NCBI GenBank assembly: GCA_016190055.1
Contig: JACPRH010000017.1
Coordinates: 6,601 to 70,600, forward strand
Origin: Nitrososphaerota archaeon
GTDB taxonomy: Archaea; Thermoproteota; Nitrososphaeria; Nitrososphaerales; JACPRH01
Direction of reading: 5' to 3'
DNA length: 64,000 nt
Shown here piece after piece: positions 8,475-18,305 of this stretch. A program made the position numbers and the translations under genes. The notes under the pieces are model-generated. The model ran no database searches and had not been told where the DNA came from. It saw only the letters and a list, made by a program, of their open reading frames with translations. The stretch's first letter is position 1, and the number at the start of each line of letters is the position of its first letter.

Positions 8475-9884
8475 TCATCTTTTCTTTCTCGCTATGAGTA
8501 GTGCGGCTACTATTACAATAGCGACGAGCGCTACTGCAGATACTGCGTACGTGACTTCTGAGGACAGCCCGCTGGTCTGGGTGAAAGATTGAATGGTAGC
8601 TGCTGTCTGTGCAGGAACTGTGCTGGTGACTGAAGTTGTTGTTGGTGATGCTTGAGTCGAGGTTGTCGTAGTTGTGTTTACGTTGCTTTTAGATCCTAAA
8701 AGAAACTTTTGGACTGTAGCTTCGTAAAAGCCGGCGCCTATGCCCCAAGTAACTCCTGCCGTGTAGATACTGGCGCCTGAGACAACGATACCGTATGCCC
8801 CACCGAACCGAGATCTTTCATAAGTATTGTTCCAGATTATGTTCCCGTTGGAATCATACTTCAAGAGAAGTGTACCAAACCTTTGGAAGTATCCCTTCTT
8901 CCCTGCAACGTAAACGTTGTCATCTGAAACGGCAACCCCGTAAGCTATCTCTGTTTCAATATCACCATATGTTCTACTCCATATCAGGTTCCCGTCGGAG
9001 CCATATTTCAGGAGAATCGCATCTTCTACGTCATTGTCAGGCTCGACTATCCACCCAGCTACATAGATATCCTGCTCAGAGATGCTGATACTCCGCGCCT
9101 CACTAGATCGGTTATTATCCCAGATCTTACGCCATATGGGGCTCCCGTTAGAATTCATTTTTAGGAGAAAGACATCATAGTCCTCTTCACTGCCTGTCGA
9201 TCCTGCCAGGTAGATGTTGTCACCTGAAACTGATACGCCATAAGCGTGAGTCCTATTATTTACACCTCCATCATCATAGGTTTTGTTCCAAATTAACGCC
9301 CCGTCGAGATTGAACGTTGAGATGAACGCGGTGTAACCCTTGTCGCCACCCATAGATCCTGCCACGTATATGCGGTCACCTGAAACGGTGAGACTCTGCG
9401 CCCAATGATACTGATATTCACCCCAAACTTTCTCCCATAGCAGATTCCCGTCTAAATCATACTTCAAAAGAAAGGCATCGAAGTTATCAGTACTACCCGT
9501 ATACCCCACTACATAGACACTGTTACTCGAGACTACTACACTATGCGCCTCATTAATCTGGTTCCTCGTCCAATTCCTGCTCCACAGCAAGTTCCCTTCT
9601 AAATCATACTTCAAAAGAAAAGTAGAGACACCTACGAGATATTCCCCCGACGACGTCACCACATAGACACCATCATCCGAAGTAGCGACACCATACGCCA
9701 CATCATGCCCCTCATGAGTCCATATCTCATACCAACCCATAGGCGGAGCCTCCTCAGCCACTACCGGTGAACACAACAAAATTACAGATACAACCCCAAG
9801 AAACGCAGCATAAAACAAAACCCTCAACTGCCCACTGCCTAGATAATTATTAGCTAAACGAGTCGTCAGCGAAACGCCTACCAA
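8475..9884 (-). CDS. Secreted beta-propeller repeat (SBBP-like) protein with Thr/Ser stalk and TM anchor
   Basis: About seven repeats of AYGV.VS.D.VYV.G...FLLKYD.DGNL.W; C-terminus GLSSEVTYA-TM-RKKR. Confidence 0.75.
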   Translation of the reverse strand: MVGVSLTTRLANNYLGSGQLRVLFYAAFLGVVSVILLCSPVVAEEAPPMGWYEIWTHEGHDVAYGVATSDDGVYVVTSSGEYLVGVSTFLLKYDLEGNLLWSRNWTRNQINEAHSVVVSSNSVYVVGYTGSTDNFDAFLLKYDLDGNLLWEKVWGEYQYHWAQSLTVSGDRIYVAGSMGGDKGYTAFISTFNLDGALIWNKTYDDGGVNNRTHAYGVSVSGDNIYLAGSTGSEEDYDVFLLKMNSNGSPIWRKIWDNNRSSEARSISISEQDIYVAGWIVEPDNDVEDAILLKYGSDGNLIWSRTYGDIETEIAYGVAVSDDNVYVAGKKGYFQRFGTLLLKYDSNGNIIWNNTYERSRFGGAYGIVVSGASIYTAGVTWGIGAGFYEATVQKFLLGSKSNVNTTTTTSTQASPTTTSVTSTVPAQTAATIQSFTQTSGLSSEVTYAVSAVALVAIVIVAALLIARKKR

Positions 9885-10138
9885 AGCTTTCGAATCTCAA
9901 GAATAGCTCCATTATCTAAGTCTTATGCAGATAGAAGATGGCTAAGTTACCTAACTTTGATTCAAATTGGCTTATGTAATGTAGTCGAGTAGCGACTCGT
10001 CTCCACACCCAAGCTAAGAAAACCCCATCCACCTAACTAACTACCTGTCCAGCCTTGCATTAACCCAATTAACCCAGTACAGTAAACAACGCTCAAACTA
10101 ACAGCACATACAATTCTAAGATATATTCAACCAAAATT

Positions 10139-10307
10139 CTTCGGGGATAATCTTGCAAACAGAAACAATGCTTTCAACAAGCATTGCAAGCTTGGGGATC
10201 CTATCCAAGCAGATCCTGTAGAACAGCAGCTTGATTCTTATGCCGCTTTCAATAGTATTTAGATCCTCCCCCCTAGGTCGGCAGCAGGCGTGCGTGCTTC
10301 TCGAAGC
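10139..10307 (+). repeat. Dispersed ~170-bp repeat, copy A
   Basis: Colinear with 57861-58019 (CTTCGGGGATAATCTTGCA...AATGCTTTCAACAAGCA...CAAGCAGATCC...GGCAGCA.GCGTGCGTGC). Confidence 0.75.
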
Positions 10308-10530
10308 ATTGCAAGTATTGCTAAGCATCAATCATTGAACAGTAAGATAACAAACACTAGTATCGGCTATTGACGGAACTGAGAATATCCTGAACATATC
10401 CTGCAACTCCAACATCCCCACCTAAGGAGACCTAAGCAAGCGGACAGTTTTGGAAGCAGGACAAGACATAAGTGGGATTAACTTAACAGTTAAATCCCAC
10501 CGTACACTAGACCCAAGTGGGAAAGAAGGT

Positions 10531-10878
10531 ATGTCCGTTACAGTAACGGAGAGGAAGATAGACGAGAAGCGAAGAGTAACTTTACCGCTCAATGTATCTC
10601 TTAAAGAGGGAGCTAGTGTTGTAATGATTGCATCACAAGACGCAGCAATCATTACGTCAAACAAACACATCGTAAAGAAACTAGCGAAGATTCTACGCGA
10701 ACTCGAAACTAGCCGCAAAACAGTGACCCTGACCGAATGGGAGAAAATGATTAATGAAGCAGGGCTGGGCGGCTTAACGTCTGAAAGCATAGATCGCGCC
10801 GTTGCAGAAAGCATCTCGAGGCCGAAAAGACCCTATGTCAGAAAAGCAACAGCGGCAACAAAAACAGGTAGTGATTGA
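10531..10878 (+). CDS. AbrB/MazE-like antitoxin (VapB type)
   Basis: RKIDEKRRVTLP AbrB-like N-terminus; overlaps the downstream PIN gene. Confidence 0.7.
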   Translation: MSVTVTERKIDEKRRVTLPLNVSLKEGASVVMIASQDAAIITSNKHIVKKLAKILRELETSRKTVTLTEWEKMINEAGLGGLTSESIDRAVAESISRPKRPYVRKATAATKTGSD

Positions 10879-11278
10879 CACATCCGCGTTCTTCGCGGGA
10901 ACAAAAAAGATACGTTCACTCATCGAAAACGGAATCAAACTCTCAACAATAGACCTAGTAGTATTCGAATTCACAAAGGTAATGGAGACAGAAATAGCGC
11001 AGGCAAGGCGCTCCGGAAAAACCCAGCGACTCGAACTACTACAAGCCCTAAAAGAAAGATACCCAAAACTCCTCCGCACCTTCGAAATAGAAGTCAAATC
11101 ACCAGAATTCTCCATCGACGACGTTGACCAACTCTACACCGAAATCTCAAAAGGACACGACTCCGGCGACGCCATGATCTGGCTAAAAATGCAGAAAGCC
11201 GGATTAAACACTATAGTCACCGACAACACATTCGACTGGATCAACCTAGGAGCAAAAGTCATCAACCTAAAGCACTAG
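10835..11278 (+). CDS. PIN-domain toxin (VapC-like)
   Basis: VVIDTSAF, VFEF, DSGDA, IVTDN.DW acidic PIN residues. Confidence 0.75.
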   Translation: MSEKQQRQQKQVVIDTSAFFAGTKKIRSLIENGIKLSTIDLVVFEFTKVMETEIAQARRSGKTQRLELLQALKERYPKLLRTFEIEVKSPEFSIDDVDQLYTEISKGHDSGDAMIWLKMQKAGLNTIVTDNTFDWINLGAKVINLKH

Positions 11279-11290
11279 TTAGCCGCCGGC

Positions 11291-11407
11291 TTATCGAGCC
11301 CTTCGACTTTCTCGGATAGCCTCAACTAGCTCCTCTATCTCAATCTTCCGAAGAATCTCACCAACATCCTCAACCATCCTCCGAAGATCCTTCTTCTCCA
11401 AATTCAA
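11291..11407 (-). CDS. Small antitoxin-like ORF (38 aa, not in ORF track)
   Basis: MNLEKKDLRRMVEDVGEILRKIEIEELVEAIRESRRAR; frame is preserved in the paralog at 14670-14783. Confidence 0.45.
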   Translation of the reverse strand: MNLEKKDLRRMVEDVGEILRKIEIEELVEAIRESRRAR

Positions 11408-11591
11408 CCCAACCAGCCAACCAAACCATTCCTACGGAGAAACCTAAGCTCTTTAAAACCATTCAATTAGGTGCAATCTGAGAGTTAGTCAACCAGTAAG
11501 TCAAGCTGGACGGTGGCGTAAATTAATCAATTAGCTACCCGGGAGGTGTAGCGATCAGCTTAACAGCGTCTTAGTTTAGTTAAATGTTTTT

Positions 11592-11631
11592 ATATTCACA
11601 ATACACATATGGATAAGTGTATTATGAATAT
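11592..11631. promoter_or_regulatory. Inverted-repeat operator of AbiE locus
   Basis: ATATTCACAATACAC-N10-GTGTATTATGAATAT (14/15 complementary) just 3' of TTTTTATA. AbiEi proteins are known to autoregulate via inverted repeats. Confidence 0.6.
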
Positions 11632-12817
11632 GAAAACTTTTGAAGTGGAGAAAGATGTAGCGCGGAGGCTTAGAGCGCTACTTCCTAACCTAGAATCTCT
11701 ATCATCGCAACCGCCATCCGCTGGATTTGACCGTGGATTCGATTTTTATGGGAAGGACAGCGAGGGCAACGACTACTTTATTGAAGTCAAAGCACGCCGC
11801 TGCAACCGGATTGATATAGGGCAGATCGTAGAACAGGCCTCAGCCGTACAAAAGAAACACCCTAACGCCAAAGCTGTTCTTGTGTGCGCATCTATCGATC
11901 CCGCAGTAGGAGCCCTGCTTGAAAAGGCAGGCATCAAAACTCTACTGCTAGCCGATCTTAAACCAAAAAAACCAGTAGCACACGAAGGTAAAGAAAAAGA
12001 GCTTAATCTCTCACCAACCGAGCAGCAGGCCTACTTCGCATTAATACGGAACGAAAAGAAGATAATCTCTACTAATGATTTGGCATCGCTTCTGGACATA
12101 CCGGTTGAACGGGCGAGAAACCTCCTCGTATCTTTAAACAAACATCAAGCAGTCTTCCGGTTCGGCAGAGGAAAATTCGCAGTTATTCCTCCTGATATAC
12201 TATACGAAAGAAAGAGCTACACCGCCGATCCTTACCTTATCATAGATAGCATCATGAGCGGTGAACAGTACTACGTAGCATACGGCTCCGCGGCCCACCT
12301 CCACGGCATCGCAACACAGCTTCCAGTCTCAGCCTTCATCGCAACCCTGAAGCAGCAGAGACCAATCCATCTAAACGGAACCGAGATCCGCTTCATCACA
12401 GCGGCAAAACCCCGATTCTTCGGTATTGAGCAACAAGAGTACTTCGGCGCACCTCTCCAAATATCTGACCTTGAAAGAACTGTTATCGACTGTATAGATC
12501 GACCAGACCTTGTCGGAGGCATTGATGAAGCTGCTAGAGTGACAGCCGAATCTCTTCAAAGGCTAGATTTCGACAAGCTTGTGAACTACGCGAAAAAGAT
12601 GAAGCGACAATCACTAGTCCAGCGACTGGGATTTATTCTGGAAAAACTCTCCAAATCCCACTACACCGTTCCAGCGCATACATTAAATCAGCTCAAGCTT
12701 TTGGTTCAGAACGCGTACCCTTATCCTCTAGACCCCAAGCGCGGAAAGAAAGGAGCACTATCCCCCCACTGGCACATCTACGAGAATGTAGATAATCTGA
12801 GGTGGCACTTTGATTAG
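11609..12817 (+). CDS. Type IV TA antitoxin AbiEi with N-terminal PD-(D/E)XK-like domain
   Basis: wHTH (RFGRGKF), YVAYGSAAHLHG, SDLERTVIDCIDRPDLVGGIDE, QRLGFILE; N-terminal FDFYGKD...FIEVK. Start may be 11624 or 11630. Confidence 0.8.
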   Translation: MDKCIMNMKTFEVEKDVARRLRALLPNLESLSSQPPSAGFDRGFDFYGKDSEGNDYFIEVKARRCNRIDIGQIVEQASAVQKKHPNAKAVLVCASIDPAVGALLEKAGIKTLLLADLKPKKPVAHEGKEKELNLSPTEQQAYFALIRNEKKIISTNDLASLLDIPVERARNLLVSLNKHQAVFRFGRGKFAVIPPDILYERKSYTADPYLIIDSIMSGEQYYVAYGSAAHLHGIATQLPVSAFIATLKQQRPIHLNGTEIRFITAAKPRFFGIEQQEYFGAPLQISDLERTVIDCIDRPDLVGGIDEAARVTAESLQRLDFDKLVNYAKKMKRQSLVQRLGFILEKLSKSHYTVPAHTLNQLKLLVQNAYPYPLDPKRGKKGALSPHWHIYENVDNLRWHFD

Positions 12818-13835
12818 AGTCACTCCGACCGCGGTCAGATCCTGGGCTGACGAAATAGGTATAACAAATCAACTTTTTGCGGAACAGGACTTTCGCCTCG
12901 TCCACATGCTCACAGCAATTGCGGAGAACACAGACACTGCGCAAAAGCTTTACCTGAAAGGCGGAACCGCCATCAACAAGCTCTACCTGCAAGACAAAGG
13001 TCTTTCACGGCTATCTGTCGACCTCGATTTCAACCATATTGGCTCCAAAGAACAAGTAATTCAAGAGAGAAACGAAATAATCAACCAACTTCTAAAAACA
13101 GTCAGGAAGCATGACAGCTATTACCATCTTGACATCAGAAAAAAACGATATGAGCAAACCACGATCCACGCCACCTACACCTCCTTGGCTATCTCAGATC
13201 CCCAGCATATCAAGATAGAAATATCACATGTTGAACGGTTTCCCATACTTCCTACCCAAATAAGACCGCTCAGCCTTCCCAAAGAAGGAAAGGTTTCGCT
13301 GACCACTTACAGTTTAGAGGAGCTGATTTCAACTAAGATTCGCGCATTCTACGACAGGCTGAAAGGAAGGGATGTTTACGACTTATGGTCAGCAAACCGC
13401 ACAGGATCACTGGACAAAACGGCTGTCCGGAAACTCTTCCTCTACTACTTCTATAAAGACCGAAAAATATTCAACCCAAAGACCTTCTTCAAGCAGATGC
13501 ACAAGGCAATTACTGAAAACACCATAAGCAACGACGTATCTGGATACGTAAGACCAGACATCGGTTTTAACCTTCAACAGGCATCAAATGACACGGTAAA
13601 TTGGCTCGGCTTCCTCTCGAACTTAGACTCCTCAGATCAAGACTTCACTCTACTCGCGCGCCTACTACTCGGAAAAGGAAATATTCCAAAAGATAGAATT
13701 AGCCACATAGGCTCGATAAGATATCCCATAAGATCCCTCTTTAGTGACAATAAAATAACCGAAGCAGCTCGCCAAATCACACGCGCTGACATAGCACCAT
13801 TCACCAAAAAAGGAAGCAACAATCTCAACCTTTAG
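12810..13835 (+). CDS. AbiEii/AbiGii nucleotidyltransferase toxin
   Basis: LKGGTAI...RLSVDLDF, ELISTKIRA, RDVYDL; overlaps the abiEi stop. Confidence 0.85.
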   Translation: MIRVTPTAVRSWADEIGITNQLFAEQDFRLVHMLTAIAENTDTAQKLYLKGGTAINKLYLQDKGLSRLSVDLDFNHIGSKEQVIQERNEIINQLLKTVRKHDSYYHLDIRKKRYEQTTIHATYTSLAISDPQHIKIEISHVERFPILPTQIRPLSLPKEGKVSLTTYSLEELISTKIRAFYDRLKGRDVYDLWSANRTGSLDKTAVRKLFLYYFYKDRKIFNPKTFFKQMHKAITENTISNDVSGYVRPDIGFNLQQASNDTVNWLGFLSNLDSSDQDFTLLARLLLGKGNIPKDRISHIGSIRYPIRSLFSDNKITEAARQITRADIAPFTKKGSNNLNL

Positions 13836-13919
13836 CGTCTATTGGACATAAATTAAGTATCAACATCCACACCAACCGCACTAAACATCAACAGCAACGA
13901 CAACAACAACAGTCACAAC

Positions 13920-13996
13920 CAAAACACCTCAACACAACCAACCTTCTCCAAGGCTCTAAGGACTTCCCGTGCAGATAATACGGGTAACTTCGTCAA
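13920..13996 (-). pseudogene. Truncated HicA toxin
   Basis: MTKLPVLSAREVLRALEKVG (HicA-like start) overlaps the hicB stop, then decays into GTT-rich sequence with no GSH motif. Confidence 0.6.
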
Positions 13997-14238
13997 ATCT
14001 GGACAGCCGCTGTCTCAATCTTTCTATCTGAGGGAACAGTCTCCCCATGCTTCCGCATCGATTCAATGTACGCCTCTATGGCCTCCTGAATATTAGCTAA
14101 GGCCTCTTTCTTCGTCTTACCCTGAGAAATGCAGCCGGGAAGGCTGGGACACTCAACTACCCAATAGCCGTCTTCACCCTTGTAAATTATCACATGCCTC
14201 TGCATCGACATAACCACTCGACTCCGAGAGAAATACAA
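13993..14238 (-). CDS. hicB: HicB family antitoxin (likely start ~14205-14211)
   Basis: EDGYWVVECPSLPGCISQGKTKKEALANIQEAIEAY. Confidence 0.85.
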   Translation of the reverse strand: MYFSRSRVVMSMQRHVIIYKGEDGYWVVECPSLPGCISQGKTKKEALANIQEAIEAYIESMRKHGETVPSDRKIETAAVQI

Positions 14239-14323
14239 GAATACTACTTATGAAGGTTCAGGTAAGATCACTGGGAACCTTAAACTCAAATCCCGCCGCA
14301 TACAAGACCCAAGTGAGAAGCAG

Positions 14324-14644
14324 ATGCCTGTTACAGTAACAAATAGGAAGGTAGACAAGAAGCGAAGAGTAACTCTACCACCTAACATAAACCTCAAGGA
14401 AGGCAGCAAAATCTTCATAGTCTCATCACTAGACACAGCCATCATAACATCAAACAAACACATAGCAGAAAGACTAGCAAAAACCCTACGCAAACTCGAA
14501 ACCAACCTCAAAACACAGACACTAACCGAATGGGGAAGAATGATAGATGAGGCAGGGCTAACCAGCCTAACATCTCAAAGCATAGATCACACCATCGCAC
14601 ACAACATCCAGAGACCGAAAAACCTCTTACCCAAACAAAACTAA
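14324..14644 (+). CDS. AbrB-like antitoxin paralog, partner PIN gene missing
   Basis: Closely similar to 10531-10878. The sequence after it resumes at the 3' end of the PIN gene region (CTAAAGCACTAGT). Confidence 0.65.
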   Translation: MPVTVTNRKVDKKRRVTLPPNINLKEGSKIFIVSSLDTAIITSNKHIAERLAKTLRKLETNLKTQTLTEWGRMIDEAGLTSLTSQSIDHTIAHNIQRPKNLLPKQN

Positions 14645-14669
14645 AGCACTAGTCAGTTAGTCGCGCATC

Positions 14670-14783
14670 TTATCGAGCTTTTCGACTCGCTCGGATAGCC
14701 TCAACTAGCTCCTCCACCTCAATCTTCCGAAGAACCTCACCAGCATCCTCAGCCATTCTCCGAATATTCTTCTCCAAATCCAA
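14670..14783 (-). CDS. Small antitoxin-like ORF (37 aa, paralog of 11291-11407)
   Basis: MDLEKNIRRMAEDAGEVLRKIEVEELVEAIRASRKAR. Confidence 0.45.
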   Translation of the reverse strand: MDLEKNIRRMAEDAGEVLRKIEVEELVEAIRASRKAR

Positions 14784-14900
14784 CTCAACTAACTAAGCCT
14801 GTCCTACAGATAAACCCATTTCTTCAAAACCATCAGATTGAAGCCACAAACCTAGACAGACCAGTATACGCGTTCATTTCAAGAAGGCTTAACTAGAACT

Positions 14901-15227
14901 TTGACATATCTCATAATCAGAAGGAGAATAGAAGTTGACACTATATATCCGACTGATAAAGTTTACAGAAAAAGGTTTGAAGGCCTAAAGGACTTTTCGA
15001 AGGCGCGAAAAGAGTTCCTACAGAAGGCGAAGGAATTAGGCATTAAAGTACAGGCAACATACGTAACACTGGGCCGCTACGACCTCATAACAATAATAGA
15101 GGCACCTGATGAAAAAGCACTTTTGAAACTCACCGCAAGCTACGTCGGTCCAAAAGGACGCACAACAACAGAAACACTAACCGCAATACCCGCCGAAGAA
15201 TTCGAACAAATCATAAAAACACTCTAA
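14901..15227 (+). CDS. GYD domain protein
   Basis: YVTLGRYDLITIIEAPDE...RTTTETLTA. Confidence 0.75.
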   Translation: MTYLIIRRRIEVDTIYPTDKVYRKRFEGLKDFSKARKEFLQKAKELGIKVQATYVTLGRYDLITIIEAPDEKALLKLTASYVGPKGRTTTETLTAIPAEEFEQIIKTL

Positions 15228-15400
15228 ACACCCTTCAAAAAACACGTAGTAATAGTAGGCTAAGATGGAGCCCCTTAGCGAAAAATGGGGCTCTTATGAC
15301 TAGCCTATAACTTATCTTGAAAAAATGCAGCAGGGATTGCCGATGACTAGCTAAGCTGTACGTATACACAGCTGTTTACGCTGAGACAGCTTAGCTTAGC

Positions 15401-17191
15401 TTAGCTTACTAGTGGTCCGGGGCTCTTCAGATATTTTTGTATGCCGTCTGCGGCGAGGTAGGCCATTGCGCCCGCTGGATGTGTACCGGGTGAGATGTTG
15501 TCTCCGAATGGGTAGCAGATTTCTCCTGCCGCGAACATGTTTTCCACATCCCAGCTCTGCATCCACTTGTTGAATGCAGAGGTCTCCGGCTTCGAGCCTG
15601 TTCTAGCACCGTTCCTGACGTGTGCAGCCCAGAGGTCTGGTTTACTTGACAGTTCAGCAACCTTGTTCACCTTTACGTCGGTGCAGCCCATCTTCGTCTG
15701 GATCTCCTGCAGCTTAGGAGCCAAGGCATCAGCTACTCGCCACCTGTTCGCCCCCCAATTAATCGTGATCCTCGCTACGGGGTCGCCGTAGATGTCGTTG
15801 TAATGCGGGTCAAGACTCACATACTGATCCTTGGTAGGTATCTCGGGCCCTGTGGCTGAGAATGAGACTGTAAGCTTAGTTGGGAGCTTCATATCCTTCA
15901 ACCCTTTCTTCCAAGCGCTGCCCCAAGTGGTCTTGCTGGCGTTGAAGGCCGTCACCATGTTGGGCCCTGCGCCCAAGTAGTTCCCGTAAGAGATGGAGGC
16001 GCCGCCTACGAAGTTCTGCCCTTTATGATCAAAGTTGTCATCGGCAAGATCCAGCATCACGAAGCCTCCTCCCGCCTGATTCCCAGAGCTGTAGGTGTTC
16101 ACAGTCATATTCAGAGTACCAGAGACGCTAGTTACAGCGGGCCCGTCACCCAACGTAGGCGCCCTGCCCAGAGAACCAGATATCGTAACCGGATCATAGG
16201 GTTTGCCTATGCCTGATAGAAGCATCAACCTGACAAGGTTGAAACCCCATATCCCGTTAAACACGGTTTTAGCAGGCTGGATGTTTATGTTTCCCTGAGC
16301 ATCGTAATACCTTACACCAGTAGCCTTCTTCCCTGACGCATCCAAGTCTATCCTGTACACGTAGCTGTGCAGCCTGAGATCAAAGTTCCCGGATTTCATC
16401 GCAGCCGGAACCGTTGTCACATGAGAGCTACCTTTCGCACCGGTTTCGCAGGGGAAGTTGCATCGACCAGAGCACCAGCCGCAGTAGATACAACCGTTCC
16501 TAGCGATCCCGTACTGATTCGTATAGGCCTGCGAGATAAGCGCACTAGGCTGCGGATACGGGTGGTAACCGAGGCTTTCCGCCGCGCCTTGAAACACATC
16601 CCCATAGGGTGAGGATGGATGAGCAGGCGTAGGATACTTTACGCCGGGAACAAACGGATCCTGGTTTGTACCAGAGATACCCATCGCCTTCTCCCACTTC
16701 TCGTAGTAAGGCACCATGTCCTCGTAGGAGACCGGGAAATCCTCCATGTCGTGGTTCGCAGGTAGAACCGACTCACCGTACTTGTTGACTGTCTCCGAAT
16801 ACGGCTTGTACGACCACGGACTGTACCGCCCCATAACTCCCCCATAATGGGTACCGGCGCCGCCTACGCCGTGACCTAACGCCTGATACTGAGCCAGCTT
16901 AGTGTATCTTCGGACAGGAAGCGCGACTTGATCCCTGTCGTTCCTCACCGTGAAGGTTGAGAGGTGAAGCGGGTGATCAAACTTCCGCTCAAGCATAATC
17001 GCCCACTCATCATGGATGTTAGATGGAGCCCAATCAGTAGCATAATCCCAGTAAGGCCCCTTCTCAATCCCAACCACCTTGTACCCGGCGGTTGAAAGCT
17101 CAGCGGCAACAGGGCCACCCATATGCCCTAAACCAAGGACAACAACATCAGCCGGCGGATGAGTAATAACGTTGCTGGACATGCTTATCAC
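15401..17191 (-). CDS. GMC family flavoprotein, gluconate 2-dehydrogenase large-subunit-like
   Basis: DVVVLGLGHMGG FAD motif, GVGGAGTHYGG, Cys cluster CIYCGWCSGRCNFPCE, QSWDVENMF. Confidence 0.85.
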   Translation of the reverse strand: MISMSSNVITHPPADVVVLGLGHMGGPVAAELSTAGYKVVGIEKGPYWDYATDWAPSNIHDEWAIMLERKFDHPLHLSTFTVRNDRDQVALPVRRYTKLAQYQALGHGVGGAGTHYGGVMGRYSPWSYKPYSETVNKYGESVLPANHDMEDFPVSYEDMVPYYEKWEKAMGISGTNQDPFVPGVKYPTPAHPSSPYGDVFQGAAESLGYHPYPQPSALISQAYTNQYGIARNGCIYCGWCSGRCNFPCETGAKGSSHVTTVPAAMKSGNFDLRLHSYVYRIDLDASGKKATGVRYYDAQGNINIQPAKTVFNGIWGFNLVRLMLLSGIGKPYDPVTISGSLGRAPTLGDGPAVTSVSGTLNMTVNTYSSGNQAGGGFVMLDLADDNFDHKGQNFVGGASISYGNYLGAGPNMVTAFNASKTTWGSAWKKGLKDMKLPTKLTVSFSATGPEIPTKDQYVSLDPHYNDIYGDPVARITINWGANRWRVADALAPKLQEIQTKMGCTDVKVNKVAELSSKPDLWAAHVRNGARTGSKPETSAFNKWMQSWDVENMFAAGEICYPFGDNISPGTHPAGAMAYLAADGIQKYLKSPGPLVS

Positions 17192-18063
17192 ATACCTCCG
17201 CCTTGAATATCCGTCAAACTCTGCGGAGTCAACCTAACATGGCTAGTCATCCGCATAATCTCCTTAGTTGTCTTCCCGACTTCGCTACCCATGTTCGTGC
17301 CGTTGAACCCCGCTAACTTCCAGCTAACCAGCCCCCGGTTTCCACCGTAAAGCGGATCCGCGAAGAAGCCGCCCATAACCATGTCATGCACCTCTGAAAC
17401 GAACTCCGCGGCAGTAGGGCCGGTGAAGTTAGTCGGCTTGTTATCGAACAGATCCTGCAGCACCTGAATCTTCTTATCCGCACTTAGACTCTCGAAAACC
17501 GCGCCATACGCGCTCTTCGAGTAATCCTGTAGAAACTGTATCCCTCGCCTCCAAAACTCACGGAGCGAAAAAGCATGCTGATACCTAGCACCGGCATTAA
17601 CCCTGATTACAGGAGAACCCTTCGAATAAGTAACCGAACCCACAGTAACCGGGCCAGTTAACCCAGGCTTGATGAACGGCCCCTGCATATACATGTTCCC
17701 GTTCTTCCCATAGCTCCCAGCAAGCTGCCGATCAATGAAGTAAACCACACCAGCCTCCTTCGCCCCAGGCCCCGTTTCCGCATCACTAGGAACCATAGTC
17801 TCAGCCATAGCCTCCACCACAGGCCGCTCACTAGGATTCAAAGACAGAAAACCAGTCAACCTAGAAGAATCATTAACCTGACCCTGAAGCTGAGTAATCT
17901 GCTGATCCTTCTGCTGAAGCTGCGCATCCTTCTGCTGAAGCTCATCAGCCTTCTGCTGCGTCTGCGACGTCAGGAGAGGAATCTCAACCGCTGACGCGAC
18001 AGCAGCACCGCCCACAGCCGCGGCACCAATTTTGATAAAATCACGTCTAGACTTGGACGACAT
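17188..18063 (-). CDS. Gluconate 2-dehydrogenase subunit 3 family protein (Tat signal)
   Basis: SRRDFIK Tat motif, PGAKEAGVVYFIDRQL, GFFADPLYGGNR..SWKLAGF. Confidence 0.85.
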   Translation of the reverse strand: MSSKSRRDFIKIGAAAVGGAAVASAVEIPLLTSQTQQKADELQQKDAQLQQKDQQITQLQGQVNDSSRLTGFLSLNPSERPVVEAMAETMVPSDAETGPGAKEAGVVYFIDRQLAGSYGKNGNMYMQGPFIKPGLTGPVTVGSVTYSKGSPVIRVNAGARYQHAFSLREFWRRGIQFLQDYSKSAYGAVFESLSADKKIQVLQDLFDNKPTNFTGPTAAEFVSEVHDMVMGGFFADPLYGGNRGLVSWKLAGFNGTNMGSEVGKTTKEIMRMTSHVRLTPQSLTDIQGGGM

Positions 18064-18305
18064 ATACCCTTGATTAACACTTGAAATATATATACTTTAT
18101 ACCTAAAATTTTAGTTCATCACTACATACTTTTTTGCTATTTTAAGGGGCGCCGTCTTATTATAGATATTCTAACCAGCCATCTCAACAATATATTGGTC
18201 CGAAAAAACACCTCTAACCGCTACAGTTAGTGCAAGACGCAAGTGAGTTAACTTAATAGCTAAATCCCACCATACACCGACCTGAGTAAGAAACAGCATG
18301 CCCAC

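Noticed and set aside
10116-10331. 71-aa minus-strand ORF
   Set aside because: The homologous copy at ~57.9 kb has stops in this frame; the plus frame is the conserved one.
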